From Patescibacteria group bacterium (GTDB lineage: Bacteria > Patescibacteriota > Minisyncoccia > Phycocordibacterales > UBA12445): a stretch of 60,574 nt of DNA. Location: the NCBI GenBank assembly GCA_003504275.1, contig DOAO01000006.1, positions 1,496-62,069 on the forward strand. The letters run 5' to 3'. The stretch's first letter is position 1, and each line of letters starts with the position of its first letter. This document shows, piece after piece, positions 19,864 to 29,345 of this stretch. A program made the translations under genes and the position numbers. The notes under the pieces were generated by a model. It was given only the letters and a program-made list of their open reading frames with translations, made no database searches and was not told the DNA's origin.

Positions 19864-21699
19864 ATGCAAAATAATTCGTCAAAAAACAATATAATTGTGG
19901 AAATGAGAAATATAAGAAATTTCTCTATTATTGCTCATATCGATCATGGCAAAAGCACCCTGGCTGATAGAATACTTGAAGTTACAAATACCATAGAAAA
20001 GCGAAAAATGATGGCTCAGGTGCTAGATAGTATGGAGCTTGAAAGAGAGAGGGGTATCACTATAAAGATGCAACCTGTACGCATAAATTACGCTTTAGAA
20101 GGGGTTGATTATACTTTGAACCTAATAGACACCCCAGGGCACATAGACTTCTCCTACGAGGTTTCTAGGGCTTTAAAGGCTGTAGAAGGGGCATTACTTC
20201 TCGTTGATGCCACACAGGGAGTTCAGGCACAGACTCTTTCTACTCTTGAAATAGCCAGGGAGTCTGGACTTAAAATAATACCCGTTATTAATAAAGTAGA
20301 TCTTCCGTCGGCAAATGTTGAGGAGGTAACGGATGAAATAATACAGATACTTGGGTGTAATGAAGAAGATATAATCAAGGTTTCAGGAAAAACAGGCGAA
20401 GGGGTTGCCGGATTACTTGAAGAAATAATAAAAAAAGTTCCACCTCCAAAAGAATTACATGAAAATAGTGGAAGTGCCAGTGCTCTTATTTTTGACTTCG
20501 AATATTCTAATCATCAGGGAATAATTGTTTACGTTAGAGTTTTTGACGGCTCACTAAAGGCTGGAGATGATTTAGTTTTTTCTTTTAGCGAAGAGAGATT
20601 TACTGCAAATGAAGTCGGGTTTTTTATTCCAGGCAAAAAGGCTTCTGATGAAATAAAAGCGGGGGAGATCGGCTATGTGGTTACCGGAATAAAGAGTTTA
20701 AGCAGGGCAACCGTTGGAGACACAATAACGAAGTTTAATAAAAAACTCCCTGCACTAACTGGCTATATGCAACCAAGGTCTGTTGTTTGGGCTTCTATCT
20801 ATCCTGAGAGCCAAGATGATTTCGGCCTATTAAAGCATTCTTTGGAAAAATTGAAACTCTCAGACTCTTCTCTTGATTTCGAAGAAGAATCATCAATGTC
20901 GTTGGGTAGGGGATTTAAGTGTGGTTTTCTCGGAATGCTTCACCTGGAGATTATAACCGAGAGATTAAAGAGGGAATATGGAATAAATATCATAATTGCC
21001 GCACCTACTGTGGGATACGAAGTTCAAATGAAGGGATCAGATAAAAGGGAGCTTATATATTCTGCTGCACGTTTTCCGGAAAGAGATAAAATGGATAAAG
21101 TTTTTGAGCCTTGGATAGAAGCGAGAATAATTATGCCTCCCAAATATGTCGGAGATATTATGCAAATGCTTTATGATCATGAAGCAATTGTCGGTAATAC
21201 AGAAATTTTTGGAGACAATAGAAATGATTTAATTGTTGAGATGCCGCTACGAGAGCTCATGCGCAATTTCTTTGATGAGCTCAAGAGCGTGTCTTCCGGC
21301 TTTGCTTCGCTTTCTTACAAGATGATTGGTATGAGAGAGGCAGATGTAGCTAGGATGGATGTACTACTCGCGGACGAGCCTGTTACCGCTTTCTCTAGGA
21401 TCATCTCGCGCAGAAAGATAGAAACCGAGGCAAACGATATTGTTGAAAGACTTAAAGAAATTCTCCCCAGACAGATGTTTGATTTTAAGATACAGGCAAA
21501 AATAGATGGAAGAATAGTTGCGTCTCGTTCAATGTCTGGTATGAAGAAGGACGTCGCCGGATACTTGTATGGAGGAGATATCACCAGAAAAATGAAGCTG
21601 AGAGAGAAGCAGAAAAAAGGAAAGAAGAAAATGAAAAAGCATGGATCTGTTAATATCCCGCCCGATGTCTTCCTAAGGGTAATGAAAGGTAAGGAATAG
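19864..21699 (+). CDS. lepA: Elongation factor 4 (start may be 19864 or 19903)
   Basis: IRNFSIIAHIDHGKSTL, DTPGHIDFSYEVSR, GFKCGFLGMLH, YGGDITRKMKL. Confidence 0.95.
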   Translation: MQNNSSKNNIIVEMRNIRNFSIIAHIDHGKSTLADRILEVTNTIEKRKMMAQVLDSMELERERGITIKMQPVRINYALEGVDYTLNLIDTPGHIDFSYEVSRALKAVEGALLLVDATQGVQAQTLSTLEIARESGLKIIPVINKVDLPSANVEEVTDEIIQILGCNEEDIIKVSGKTGEGVAGLLEEIIKKVPPPKELHENSGSASALIFDFEYSNHQGIIVYVRVFDGSLKAGDDLVFSFSEERFTANEVGFFIPGKKASDEIKAGEIGYVVTGIKSLSRATVGDTITKFNKKLPALTGYMQPRSVVWASIYPESQDDFGLLKHSLEKLKLSDSSLDFEEESSMSLGRGFKCGFLGMLHLEIITERLKREYGINIIIAAPTVGYEVQMKGSDKRELIYSAARFPERDKMDKVFEPWIEARIIMPPKYVGDIMQMLYDHEAIVGNTEIFGDNRNDLIVEMPLRELMRNFFDELKSVSSGFASLSYKMIGMREADVARMDVLLADEPVTAFSRIISRRKIETEANDIVERLKEILPRQMFDFKIQAKIDGRIVASRSMSGMKKDVAGYLYGGDITRKMKLREKQKKGKKKMKKHGSVNIPPDVFLRVMKGKE

Positions 21700-21834
21700 T
21701 TAGTAGTTAAAAAAGCCTGGTAGATACATTAATACCATGCTTACTATAACCGCTAAACAGATAAATGCCCAAATGACGCTAACTGCTTTTTTGTTCTTTT
21801 TCATCAACATAATATATGTAATAATAGTATGTAA

Positions 21835-22230
21835 ATGAGAGATTTTCAAGGGAGAAAAAAATGGCACAAAATATTTAGGTCAGATGTATTTTCATTTATC
21901 CTTCTTGTTGCCACGATACTTTTATTAAAAAGTGTTTGGGGCGTTTACAAAAAGGATTCTATGGCTAGAATAAACATGAAAGAAGCCGAGATAACGTTGG
22001 CCAATTTAGAGAAAAAGAAGGTTGGTTTGGAAAAAGAAATAGCTAAATTAAATACAGAGAGGGGAATTGAAGAAGAGCTTAGAAGGAGGTTTCAAGTAGT
22101 TAAACCCGGGGAGCAGGTATTGGTAGTTGTAGATAAGGCCGAAGGAAATATTCCTGTTATTAAAGCAAAGGAGGGCCCTATGTCGTCTATGTGGAATAAG
22201 TTGGTGGGTCTAGTTTTGTTTTGGAAATAA
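21835..22230 (+). CDS. Septum formation initiator family (FtsB/DivIC-like)
   Basis: Single N-terminal TM, coiled coil, GIEEELRRRFQVVKPGEQV. Confidence 0.75.
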   Translation: MRDFQGRKKWHKIFRSDVFSFILLVATILLLKSVWGVYKKDSMARINMKEAEITLANLEKKKVGLEKEIAKLNTERGIEEELRRRFQVVKPGEQVLVVVDKAEGNIPVIKAKEGPMSSMWNKLVGLVLFWK

Positions 22231-22236
22231 AATATC

Positions 22237-22307
22237 GCGGGTATGGTTTAGTGGTAGAATGCGACCTTCCCAAGGTTGAGACGCGGTTTCGATTACCGCT
22301 ACCCGCA
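22237..22307 (+). tRNA. tRNA-Gly(CCC)
   Basis: GCGGGTA/TACCCGC, anticodon loop TTCCCAA, T-arm GCGGT-TTCGATT-ACCGC. Confidence 0.93.
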
Positions 22308-22317
22308 CAATAAAAAC

Positions 22318-22602
22318 ATGTCACAAACATTTCAAAAAAGAAAAGAAGATTTTACATGTGAGAAGTGTGGTAATTTTGTTATTGGTACAGGATATACAAA
22401 TCACTGCCCAAAATGTCTTTGGGGAAAGCACGTTGATATTTTTCCTGGAGATAGGATAAATAAATGTCAGGGAATGATGAAGCCGATATCTATCATAAAT
22501 GAAAAAGGAGAGTTCGTGTTAATTCATAAATGTGAAAAATGCGGGGTGGAAAAGAGAAACAGAACATCAACGAACGATGATTTATCTTGTATTTTACACT
22601 AG
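22318..22602 (+). CDS. RNHCP domain protein (Zn-binding)
   Basis: FTCEKCG, YTNHCPKCLWGKHVDIFPGDR, HKCEKCG. Confidence 0.85.
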   Translation: MSQTFQKRKEDFTCEKCGNFVIGTGYTNHCPKCLWGKHVDIFPGDRINKCQGMMKPISIINEKGEFVLIHKCEKCGVEKRNRTSTNDDLSCILH

Positions 22603-22639
22603 ATTTTGAGCTGAAAGTGTGGTACTTTTTACACGTTAC

Positions 22640-22711
22640 GCCTCCATAGCTCAACGGATAGAGCAATCCCGTCCTAAGGGAGAGATATGGGTTCAATTCC
22701 TGTTGGAGGCA
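22640..22711 (+). tRNA. tRNA-Arg(CCT)
   Basis: GCCTCCA/TGGAGGC, D-arm GCTC/GAGC, loop GTCCTAA, T-loop TTCAATT. Confidence 0.88.
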
Positions 22712-22918
22712 CAAAATAAACACTCCAAATGCGAAAGCGCTTGGGTGTTTTTTATTTTATGCCTCCAACAGGAATTGAAAGACGGAGTCGGGCCCCTTGC
22801 CGAAAGCAAGGGAGACGAGTCGGGGTAGCGCAAAATTTTTGAAGAAAATTTATGCGTGACCTATTCCTGTTGGATTTTTTATAGAAAATTATTTGTGGCC
22901 TATTCCTGTTGGAGGCAC
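22712..22918 (+). repeat. tRNA-anchored cassette of tRNA-Arg
   Basis: 22760-22779 is the perfect reverse complement of 22692-22711. GTGACC+TATTCCTGTTGGA at 22857 and GTGGCC+TATTCCTGTTGGAGGCAC at 22895. Confidence 0.85.
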
Positions 22919-22929
22919 TAAGTTTTTTT

Positions 22930-23439
22930 AGTGGGGCGGCTCGGCCACGAGTTACTAAGTCTACTCATGTTGCTTCGCCTGCCTACGCAGGCGGGCAACA
23001 TTGCGTGGACTAAGTACTCTCGGCCCCAGCTCGTTTGTTCCTCGCTCCACTCGGAACATGACTGCGCTTTTCGGGGCGGCTCGGTCACAAGTTACTAAGC
23101 TTTTTAAAAAATGAGGGCTCGGCCACGAGTTACTAAGTCTACTCATGTTGCTTCGCAACATTGCGTGGACTAAGTACTCTCGGCCCCAGCTCGTCTGTTC
23201 CTCGCTCTGCTCGGAACATGACTGCGCTTTTCGGGGCGGCTCGGTCACTAATCTAAATGAGGGCTCGGTCACGAATAAATTTGCTGACGCAAATTTTTCT
23301 CGACCCCAGCTCGCCATTTTTGCCTTTGCTTCGCAAAACAAAAATAAGGCTGCGCTTTTCGAGCCCGCACGAAAGCCAAGCAGTTGGCTTTCTCCCTCGG
23401 CACCAATAAAAAAGACGCACTATAAAGTGCGCTTTTTTC
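22930..23439 (-). repeat. tRNA-anchored cassette array of tRNA-Phe (three units)
   Basis: 160-nt period (23061 vs 23221). Antisense tRNA copy at 23358-23405 with a 25-nt hairpin insert. Repeated GTGACC/GTGGCC+GAGCC. Confidence 0.85.
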
Positions 23440-23515
23440 TGGTGCCGAGGGGCGGGCTCGAACCGCCGACCCCATCCTCTTCAGGGATATGCTCTACCAA
23501 CTGAGCTACCTCGGC
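23440..23515 (-). tRNA. tRNA-Phe(GAA)
   Basis: GCCGAGG/CCTCGGC, TATCC-CTGAAGA-GGATG, encoded CCA. Confidence 0.96.
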
Positions 23516-23567
23516 ATAATTTCTGTGTAGTATAAATCTACCAGAAATTATATAAAAATCAATATTA

Positions 23568-23855
23568 TTAGAGATTAAGCGTTTTTTTAACCTGATTCAG
23601 CATTTCAGGGGAGACATTGATATCTTTTATACCATTAGCACCGCCTTGAACCCCGGACATTATACTTTGATACGATTGTAATGCTGTATCTATATAGGGT
23701 TGTAGGTAGTAATAAGATCCAACCACCGAACCAATAATTAAGAAATAATAAACAAAATTAAAAAAACTATTCCATCTCTGAGAACTTCTCATTCCCCTAA
23801 GAATCTTATTATTTTCTTTTGTTAGTTCAAGTATTTCCTTTAGTTCTCCTTCCAT
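23568..23855 (-). CDS. Hypothetical single-TM protein
   Basis: 95 aa with one hydrophobic helix. Abuts the hsp20 stop codon. Confidence 0.7.
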   Translation of the reverse strand: MEGELKEILELTKENNKILRGMRSSQRWNSFFNFVYYFLIIGSVVGSYYYLQPYIDTALQSYQSIMSGVQGGANGIKDINVSPEMLNQVKKTLNL

Positions 23856-24313
23856 TAGATTGATTTTATTTTGAGACTCTTGGTTTTGTCTTTTGCTATT
23901 TTAGGCAACTTGATTGTTAGTAGTCCGTGTTTTTCTATTGCTTCTGCGTTATCAGCATCAACTTCGGCTGGTAGCATCATTGTTCTCGTAAAAGAACCCC
24001 AATATAGCTCTCTGGCAAAGAAATCTTTTTCACTTATTTCATGTTGCATACTCCTGGAACCTTTTAACGTAATCATATCTCTCCCTATAGACACCTGTAA
24101 ATCTTCAGGTTTTACTCCAGCCACCATGGTTCTGATAATAATATCTGTCGGGGTCTGGTACATGTCTATCGCAAGTTCCGCTTCGTCGTCTTGTTTTGTG
24201 GCAATTATTTTTTCTTCTTCCAAAAAATCTATAGATTCATCTATTTCTATTTTGTTTCTGGCGTCTGCACTACCTGTTAATCTCTCAAAAAAAGATGATT
24301 TCGTATTTTTCAT
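23855..24313 (-). CDS. Small heat-shock protein Hsp20
   Basis: LAIDMYQT, VAGVKPEDL, RELYWGSFTR, GLLTIKLPK. Confidence 0.9.
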   Translation of the reverse strand: MKNTKSSFFERLTGSADARNKIEIDESIDFLEEEKIIATKQDDEAELAIDMYQTPTDIIIRTMVAGVKPEDLQVSIGRDMITLKGSRSMQHEISEKDFFARELYWGSFTRTMMLPAEVDADNAEAIEKHGLLTIKLPKIAKDKTKSLKIKSI

Positions 24314-24316
24314 AGA

Positions 24317-24462
24317 TTTACCCGGTTAAATAAAATTGACTGATAATATTTTTTTAGATTATTTAAAATATTTATTGTTTATTTTAGTATAAATATTTTT
24401 TAATTCACTTTAGTCAATTTTAATTTTTTATATTTTAAAAAAATTATATTTAACCGGGTGAA
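24317..24462 (-). repeat. AT-rich element with terminal inverted repeats (TTCACCC...GGGTAAA family)
   Basis: TTTACCCGGTTAAATA (24317-24332) pairs with TATTTAACCGGGTGAA (24447-24462) with one mismatch. A nested AAAATTGACT/AGTCAATTTT pair is also present. Confidence 0.75.
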
Positions 24463-25146
24463 TTATTTTTTTAAACTTTTAACCTTCTCACACAAAACTA
24501 GCAACGCGATGGTCAACATCCAGAGAATGGAGAAAACTAAAAAGATATTTTCACCACTACCTTTAATTATAAAAATATTAAAGAGACTATGCAATACGGT
24601 GGCTGTGAGTAAACCCAAAATAACAGCTATTTTCCTGTGTGTTTTGTCTTTATAAAAATTCAATGCAATGAATGAACCGATTGTGGCAGAAGTAAGCAGA
24701 TGAAGTAGTGTTGCGCCAATGAATCTCATGTTTGCTGTAATGAGTGATAATACAGAAAAAGTTGGTTTTACTAAAAAGAAGAAATTTTCAGCAGCCGCAA
24801 AACCGAGGGCAGCTGTTATGAGATAGATTATTGCATCGATTGGTTCATCAAAGTATTTAGTACGAAGTGCGATAAAATAAGCAGTAAGGTATTTTGCTAT
24901 TTCCTCGGTAAACGGCCAGACGAATATTAGTAAATATTCGTAGTCTATATTTCCTGTGACCGCTTGTTGTGCTATATAGGTAGGGAACACAGAAAACATA
25001 CCCGCAAGGAAGGTGGCAAGAATAATTCCACGTGGTTCAGGGCTTCTTTTATCTTCACGTAACCAAAACCATAACCAGAACAATGCCGGTAAAATACCCG
25101 CGAGCAGAGACCAAAAAACGTTGTCGGCTGTTATACTTCCGGCCAT
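24463..25146 (-). CDS. PrsW-family intramembrane metalloprotease
   Basis: PEP, TEEIAK, ALGFAAAEN, ATLLH, LHSLFN. Confidence 0.9.
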   Translation of the reverse strand: MAGSITADNVFWSLLAGILPALFWLWFWLREDKRSPEPRGIILATFLAGMFSVFPTYIAQQAVTGNIDYEYLLIFVWPFTEEIAKYLTAYFIALRTKYFDEPIDAIIYLITAALGFAAAENFFFLVKPTFSVLSLITANMRFIGATLLHLLTSATIGSFIALNFYKDKTHRKIAVILGLLTATVLHSLFNIFIIKGSGENIFLVFSILWMLTIALLVLCEKVKSLKK

Positions 25147-27368
25147 TCACTTACCATTATAAGATTTTTTGTCTTATTTCCAAAATGGTTATTCACAATC
25201 CCCCAAACTTCCTCGGTAACAAAAGGCATAAATGGGTGTATTAATTTAAGAGAAGTTTCCAAGATGGTTTTAATTACCCATCTTCTCTCTACTCCCATTT
25301 CATTGTTACCGTTTAATTTTTCTTTAGAATCTTCTATTATTTTGTCGGCAAAGACATGCCAGAAATATTGATATATTTCTTCTGCCGCAATATGAAGTCT
25401 ATCATTCTCAATATTCGCGGTAGCTTGTTTAACTACTTCTTTAAGTTCATTTAAAAGCGCTTCGTTCTCGGGAGAATATTTTTTCGGTTGAGTGCCGAGA
25501 TTATCATTGTTTACATTTGTGAGTATGAAACGAGTGACATTCCAGATCTTGTTTGCAAAGTGTTTTTGTCCTTTTATTTTGTCCTCGTAAATTCTTGTAT
25601 CTGTACCCGGCCCTGCGCCAATAACGAGAGATATTCTCGCTGCGTCTGCTCCATATTTTTGTGCAATGTCTATGGGGTCAATGCCATTTCCGAGAGACTT
25701 ACTCATTTTTCTCCCCTGAGAATCTCTAACTGTTCCATGAAGATAAACTTTTTTGAAAGGAATATCCCCTAAAATATAGCCAGTCATTAAAATCATCCTG
25801 GCTACCCAGAAGAAAAGTATTTCGTATCCTGTCTCGAGTATGTTCGTAGGATGATATATTTTTAGGTCTTCAGTCTTTTCTGGCCAACCAAGAACGCTAA
25901 AAGTCCAGAGTCCGGAAGAGAACCATGTGTCTAGCGTGTCTGGATCTTGTACCCAGCCTTCTCCTTCAGGCGCATTAATTCCGCAATATATTTCGTCTTC
26001 TTTATACCAGACAGGTATTCTGTGACCAAACCATATTTGTCTACTTATACACCAGTCACGTAAATTTTCTATCCAGTGAAAATATGTTTTTTTGAAGTGG
26101 TCCGGAACAATGTTTATTTGTCCGTTTTCAACCGTCTTCTTCATTATCTCTTTAAGTGTCGTATCAGAACCGGAAGGTATTCCATCAATTTTGGAATCAA
26201 CCAGAGTGAATTCTTTGTTTACATTCAAAAACCACTGAAGTTTTGGTAATGGTTCTATTATTCCACCTGTTCTCTCTGCTGTGGAAATATTTTGAGAAAC
26301 CTCCTCTTCTTTTTCCAAGAGTCCTTCTTTCTTAAGCCATTCAACTATTATTTCCCTAGCTTCGGTTGTTTTCTTGCCCTTTAGCTCCGGAGTATCAACC
26401 ATCATCTTTGCATACTCATTTATGACCTGTGGGCGGGGGAGATTGTGTCTTTCGGCTATATCCCAGTCTGCAATACTGTGCGCAGGAGTTACCCCAAGTG
26501 CTCCAGTACCAAATTCTTTATCGACTGATTCATCTGCAACTATTTTTATATGAATGGGAACTCCGGCAAAATTTGCGTCAAATTCTTTTCCTACAAAATT
26601 TTTATATCTTGGATCATCGGGGTGTACCGCGACAGCTGTATCACCAACTTTTGTCTCGGGCCTGGTAGTGGATATGGAAATAGGGAAATCTTTTGAATAT
26701 TTGAAAGTATAAAATTTTGCTTTTCTCTCTTCGTACACCACCTCATCATCAGAAACAGTAGTCTGTCCTTTTGGGTCCCAATTAACTATTCTGTGCCCTC
26801 TGTAAATCAAACCTTCGTCATACATTTTTTTGAAAGCGGTTTTAACGGCTAGATTTCTTTTTTCATCCAGAGTATAAGCTTCGCGACTCCAGTCAACAGA
26901 AACACCCATAGTTTTCATTTGATTGACTATGGTGTCGTGGCTGTCTTGTGCGAATTTTTTAACACGATTTAAAAATTCCTCTCGTCCAAGGTCATGTCTA
27001 TTCTTACCTTCTTCTTTGTATATTATTTTTTCTACCTTTGATTGCGTTGCAATAGCTGCGTGGTCTGTACCCGGTACCCATAAGGTTCTCTTGCCTCTCA
27101 TTCTATTGAATCTGACCATTATGTCTTCGATAGTGAGCATAAGAGCGTGTCCCATGTGTAGTGTTCCTGTGACGTTGGGTGGGGGGAGGACCATGGAGAA
27201 AACAGGAGCATCAGCTTTTGTGACACCATTTTTAATACACACATCAGGATTAAAAAGTCCGCTTTCTTCCCAGACTTTATATATTTTGGATTCGGTATTG
27301 TTTGGCTCGTACGGCTTTAAAAGTCGTTCGTCGATGTTTGGTTGATTGTTTTGATTTTGAGATTGCAT
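25131..27368 (-). CDS. valS: Valyl-tRNA synthetase (short form without the C-terminal coiled coil)
   Basis: PPPNVTGTLHMGHA, DWCISRQIWFGH, DTWFSS, KMSKS. Confidence 0.96.
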   Translation of the reverse strand: MQSQNQNNQPNIDERLLKPYEPNNTESKIYKVWEESGLFNPDVCIKNGVTKADAPVFSMVLPPPNVTGTLHMGHALMLTIEDIMVRFNRMRGKRTLWVPGTDHAAIATQSKVEKIIYKEEGKNRHDLGREEFLNRVKKFAQDSHDTIVNQMKTMGVSVDWSREAYTLDEKRNLAVKTAFKKMYDEGLIYRGHRIVNWDPKGQTTVSDDEVVYEERKAKFYTFKYSKDFPISISTTRPETKVGDTAVAVHPDDPRYKNFVGKEFDANFAGVPIHIKIVADESVDKEFGTGALGVTPAHSIADWDIAERHNLPRPQVINEYAKMMVDTPELKGKKTTEAREIIVEWLKKEGLLEKEEEVSQNISTAERTGGIIEPLPKLQWFLNVNKEFTLVDSKIDGIPSGSDTTLKEIMKKTVENGQINIVPDHFKKTYFHWIENLRDWCISRQIWFGHRIPVWYKEDEIYCGINAPEGEGWVQDPDTLDTWFSSGLWTFSVLGWPEKTEDLKIYHPTNILETGYEILFFWVARMILMTGYILGDIPFKKVYLHGTVRDSQGRKMSKSLGNGIDPIDIAQKYGADAARISLVIGAGPGTDTRIYEDKIKGQKHFANKIWNVTRFILTNVNNDNLGTQPKKYSPENEALLNELKEVVKQATANIENDRLHIAAEEIYQYFWHVFADKIIEDSKEKLNGNNEMGVERRWVIKTILETSLKLIHPFMPFVTEEVWGIVNNHFGNKTKNLIMVSEWPEV

Positions 27369-27393
27369 GGGTTAAATAATATCAAAAATGACT

Positions 27394-28572
27394 CTACTTA
27401 AGAAGCAGGTTACCCTCCGCTTTTATTTTTTTAATAGCTGATAGGCTGAAGACAGGCTTTTTCTTGATGGACCTGAAGTATCCTGCGACCCCTATCATTC
27501 CCGCATTATCTGCAGACAGTGAGATTTCTGGTATCAATAATTCTGTTTCTGGAAAATATTTCTGTACTATTTCTGTTGTGGAAATTCTCAGTTTCTTATT
27601 GGCAGAAACACCACCTCCTAAAATAAGAGACTTAGCTTTAAATTTAATTAAAGCTTTTTTTGTTTTTGAGACGAGGGTATCAACGACAGCTTGTTCAAAC
27701 TCATAAGCAATCTCTTTTTTTAATTCTTCTGTAAGTTGACCGAGCTCCTTTGCTTTATATAGAACAGCCGTTTTAAGTCCGGAAAAAGAGAAATCAAAAT
27801 CATCAGAATTTATCATCGGGCGAGGGAATTTTATTCCCGTTCCATTTTTGGGGTCAAAAGATTCCGCGAGTTTAGATATCTGTGGACCTCCCGGATAGGT
27901 AAGCCCAATTATTCTTGCAACCTTATCAAATGCTTCTCCCGATGCGTCGTCTCTAGTACTGCCTATAATTTTATATTTTAGCCAATCTTTCATTAAGACA
28001 AGTTCGGTGTGTCCGCCACTTACAAGTAATGCTATGGCAGGGAACTTTATAACTTTATAACTTTTAACTTTTGACTTGCTTTCGAGTAAGCTCGAAAGTG
28101 CATGTCCCTCCATATGATTTACAGGAATGATCGGTTTTTTCCAACAGATAGAAAGTGCTTTAGCCAAACTTACGCCAACCCAAAGTGCAGGTTCGAGGCC
28201 TGGGCCATATGTTACGGCAATAGCATCTATTTTGGGTGTTTTTATTTTAGGTAAAAGTATTTCAAGATTTTCTAGTAGTTCAGGTTCTCTCTCTAGTATG
28301 GTTTTTAATTCCTCTGGTATGGGCGCCTTGCTTTTTGTCTCTTTCAAAAGACCCGCTTTTTGCAAAGAAGTCTCAAGCAGGGGGGTTAGATTTATAGAAT
28401 GTTCTCTTTTTGCGAGAGAGGGGACAACTCCTTGCCATTTCGCATGAAGTTCTATTTGGGAGTGGGTAAGACTTGATAGTACTTTGAAAGAAGGCTTCTT
28501 AAAGCCTCCCTTGGCCTCTATTATAGCTATGGCGGTGTCGTCACAGCTTGTTTCGATAGATAGTATTATCAT
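27394..28572 (-). CDS. tsaD: tRNA t6A threonylcarbamoyltransferase
   Basis: IETSCDDT, GPGL, NHMEGH, VSGGHT, DDASGEAFDK, DNAGMI. Carries an N-terminal insertion of about 35 aa. Confidence 0.95.
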   Translation of the reverse strand: MIILSIETSCDDTAIAIIEAKGGFKKPSFKVLSSLTHSQIELHAKWQGVVPSLAKREHSINLTPLLETSLQKAGLLKETKSKAPIPEELKTILEREPELLENLEILLPKIKTPKIDAIAVTYGPGLEPALWVGVSLAKALSICWKKPIIPVNHMEGHALSSLLESKSKVKSYKVIKFPAIALLVSGGHTELVLMKDWLKYKIIGSTRDDASGEAFDKVARIIGLTYPGGPQISKLAESFDPKNGTGIKFPRPMINSDDFDFSFSGLKTAVLYKAKELGQLTEELKKEIAYEFEQAVVDTLVSKTKKALIKFKAKSLILGGGVSANKKLRISTTEIVQKYFPETELLIPEISLSADNAGMIGVAGYFRSIKKKPVFSLSAIKKIKAEGNLLLK

Positions 28573-28690
28573 TTTACCCTCCTAAATTTTTACCCCCTTA
28601 AAATAATGGAATAAAGTAAACACCATATTATATTAAATGTTTATATTTTTCCACTATAATTAGTATTTAATAAAAATTTTGGCGGGTACA
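28573..28690 (-). repeat. AT-rich element with imperfect terminal inverted repeats
   Basis: TTTACCCTCCTAAATTTT (28573-28590) ... AAAATTTTGGCGGGTACA (28673-28690). Abuts the tsaD ATG. Confidence 0.7.
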
Positions 28691-28743
28691 ATAAGGCTGT
28701 TGGTGGCAATGAAAAACCCACCATATTGGTGGGTTAATAACGA

Positions 28744-28989
28744 TCACAATTCTTCTTTTGTTTTTTCTAGTTTCTTCTTTAATTCTTCCAATTCTTCAAA
28801 CTCGTTTGTTACATAAATTACTCCCGGGCGGAGGATTATCTTGTATAAGGCTATTAAAGCCAAATAAAGAGAAGCAGATATTCTCAATAGTTTTTTTTCA
28901 ATCACTGTTTTAGGTTTATCTTTTTCTAACTCATCCAAAAAATCTTTAACCTCGGAAATGAGTTTTGCGAGATCGGTATTTCCTGACAT
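28744..28989 (-). CDS. Hypothetical protein
   Basis: 81 aa, SD GGAGGT at 28995-29000. Confidence 0.65.
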   Translation of the reverse strand: MSGNTDLAKLISEVKDFLDELEKDKPKTVIEKKLLRISASLYLALIALYKIILRPGVIYVTNEFEELEELKKKLEKTKEEL

Positions 28990-29021
28990 ATTTTACCTCC
29001 TTTTTGGGTTGCGTAGTTTTA

Positions 29022-29237
29022 TTATTTTAATTCAAACATATAAGCGACTCTAGGTTTTCTGGCCTGTTCGCAGCCACCCTCAATGATTCGCCATATTTCT
29101 TTTGCTTCCGATCTTGCCCGTTTTTCATTCCTAGCCTTGAGTTTACGTTCTCGAAGTACCGTGTTGCTCCATCCCGGAGTGCCGTCTTCGTTGCATGGGT
29201 TCTCGAGCCATATCAGATACCAACCCTTTTTTATCAT
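29022..29237 (-). CDS. Hypothetical protein (start moved to the SD-led ATG)
   Basis: MIKKGWY... is preceded by GGGAGGG. Confidence 0.6.
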   Translation of the reverse strand: MIKKGWYLIWLENPCNEDGTPGWSNTVLRERKLKARNEKRARSEAKEIWRIIEGGCEQARKPRVAYMFELK

Positions 29238-29345
29238 TAAATATCCCTCCCTTTTGTAAATGAACTTTTTCAAGGTAAAACTAACATTTAAAGGCGGGGT
29301 TGTAAAGGGTAAAAGAAAACCCACCGAAGTGGGTTTGTTTGGGGA

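Noticed and set aside
22930-23439. Repeat array considered as a CRISPR array
   Set aside because: The units are about 160 nt with near-identical interiors and no unique spacers, they derive from tRNA sequence, and no cas operon is adjacent.
23871-24329. Long antisense ORFs (also 36277-37080, 55552-55971, 2792-3244, 54743-55195)
   Set aside because: They are shadows of well-supported genes on the opposite strand.
28573-28590. AGGAGGGT treated simply as a Shine-Dalgarno site or as a tRNA-Ser acceptor fragment
   Set aside because: The same 18-mer occurs at 40759 and, nearly, at 49115, at distances from start codons that do not suit an SD, and always with a complementary partner about 100 nt upstream. 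The 7-nt match to tRNA-Ser is too short to be meaningful.
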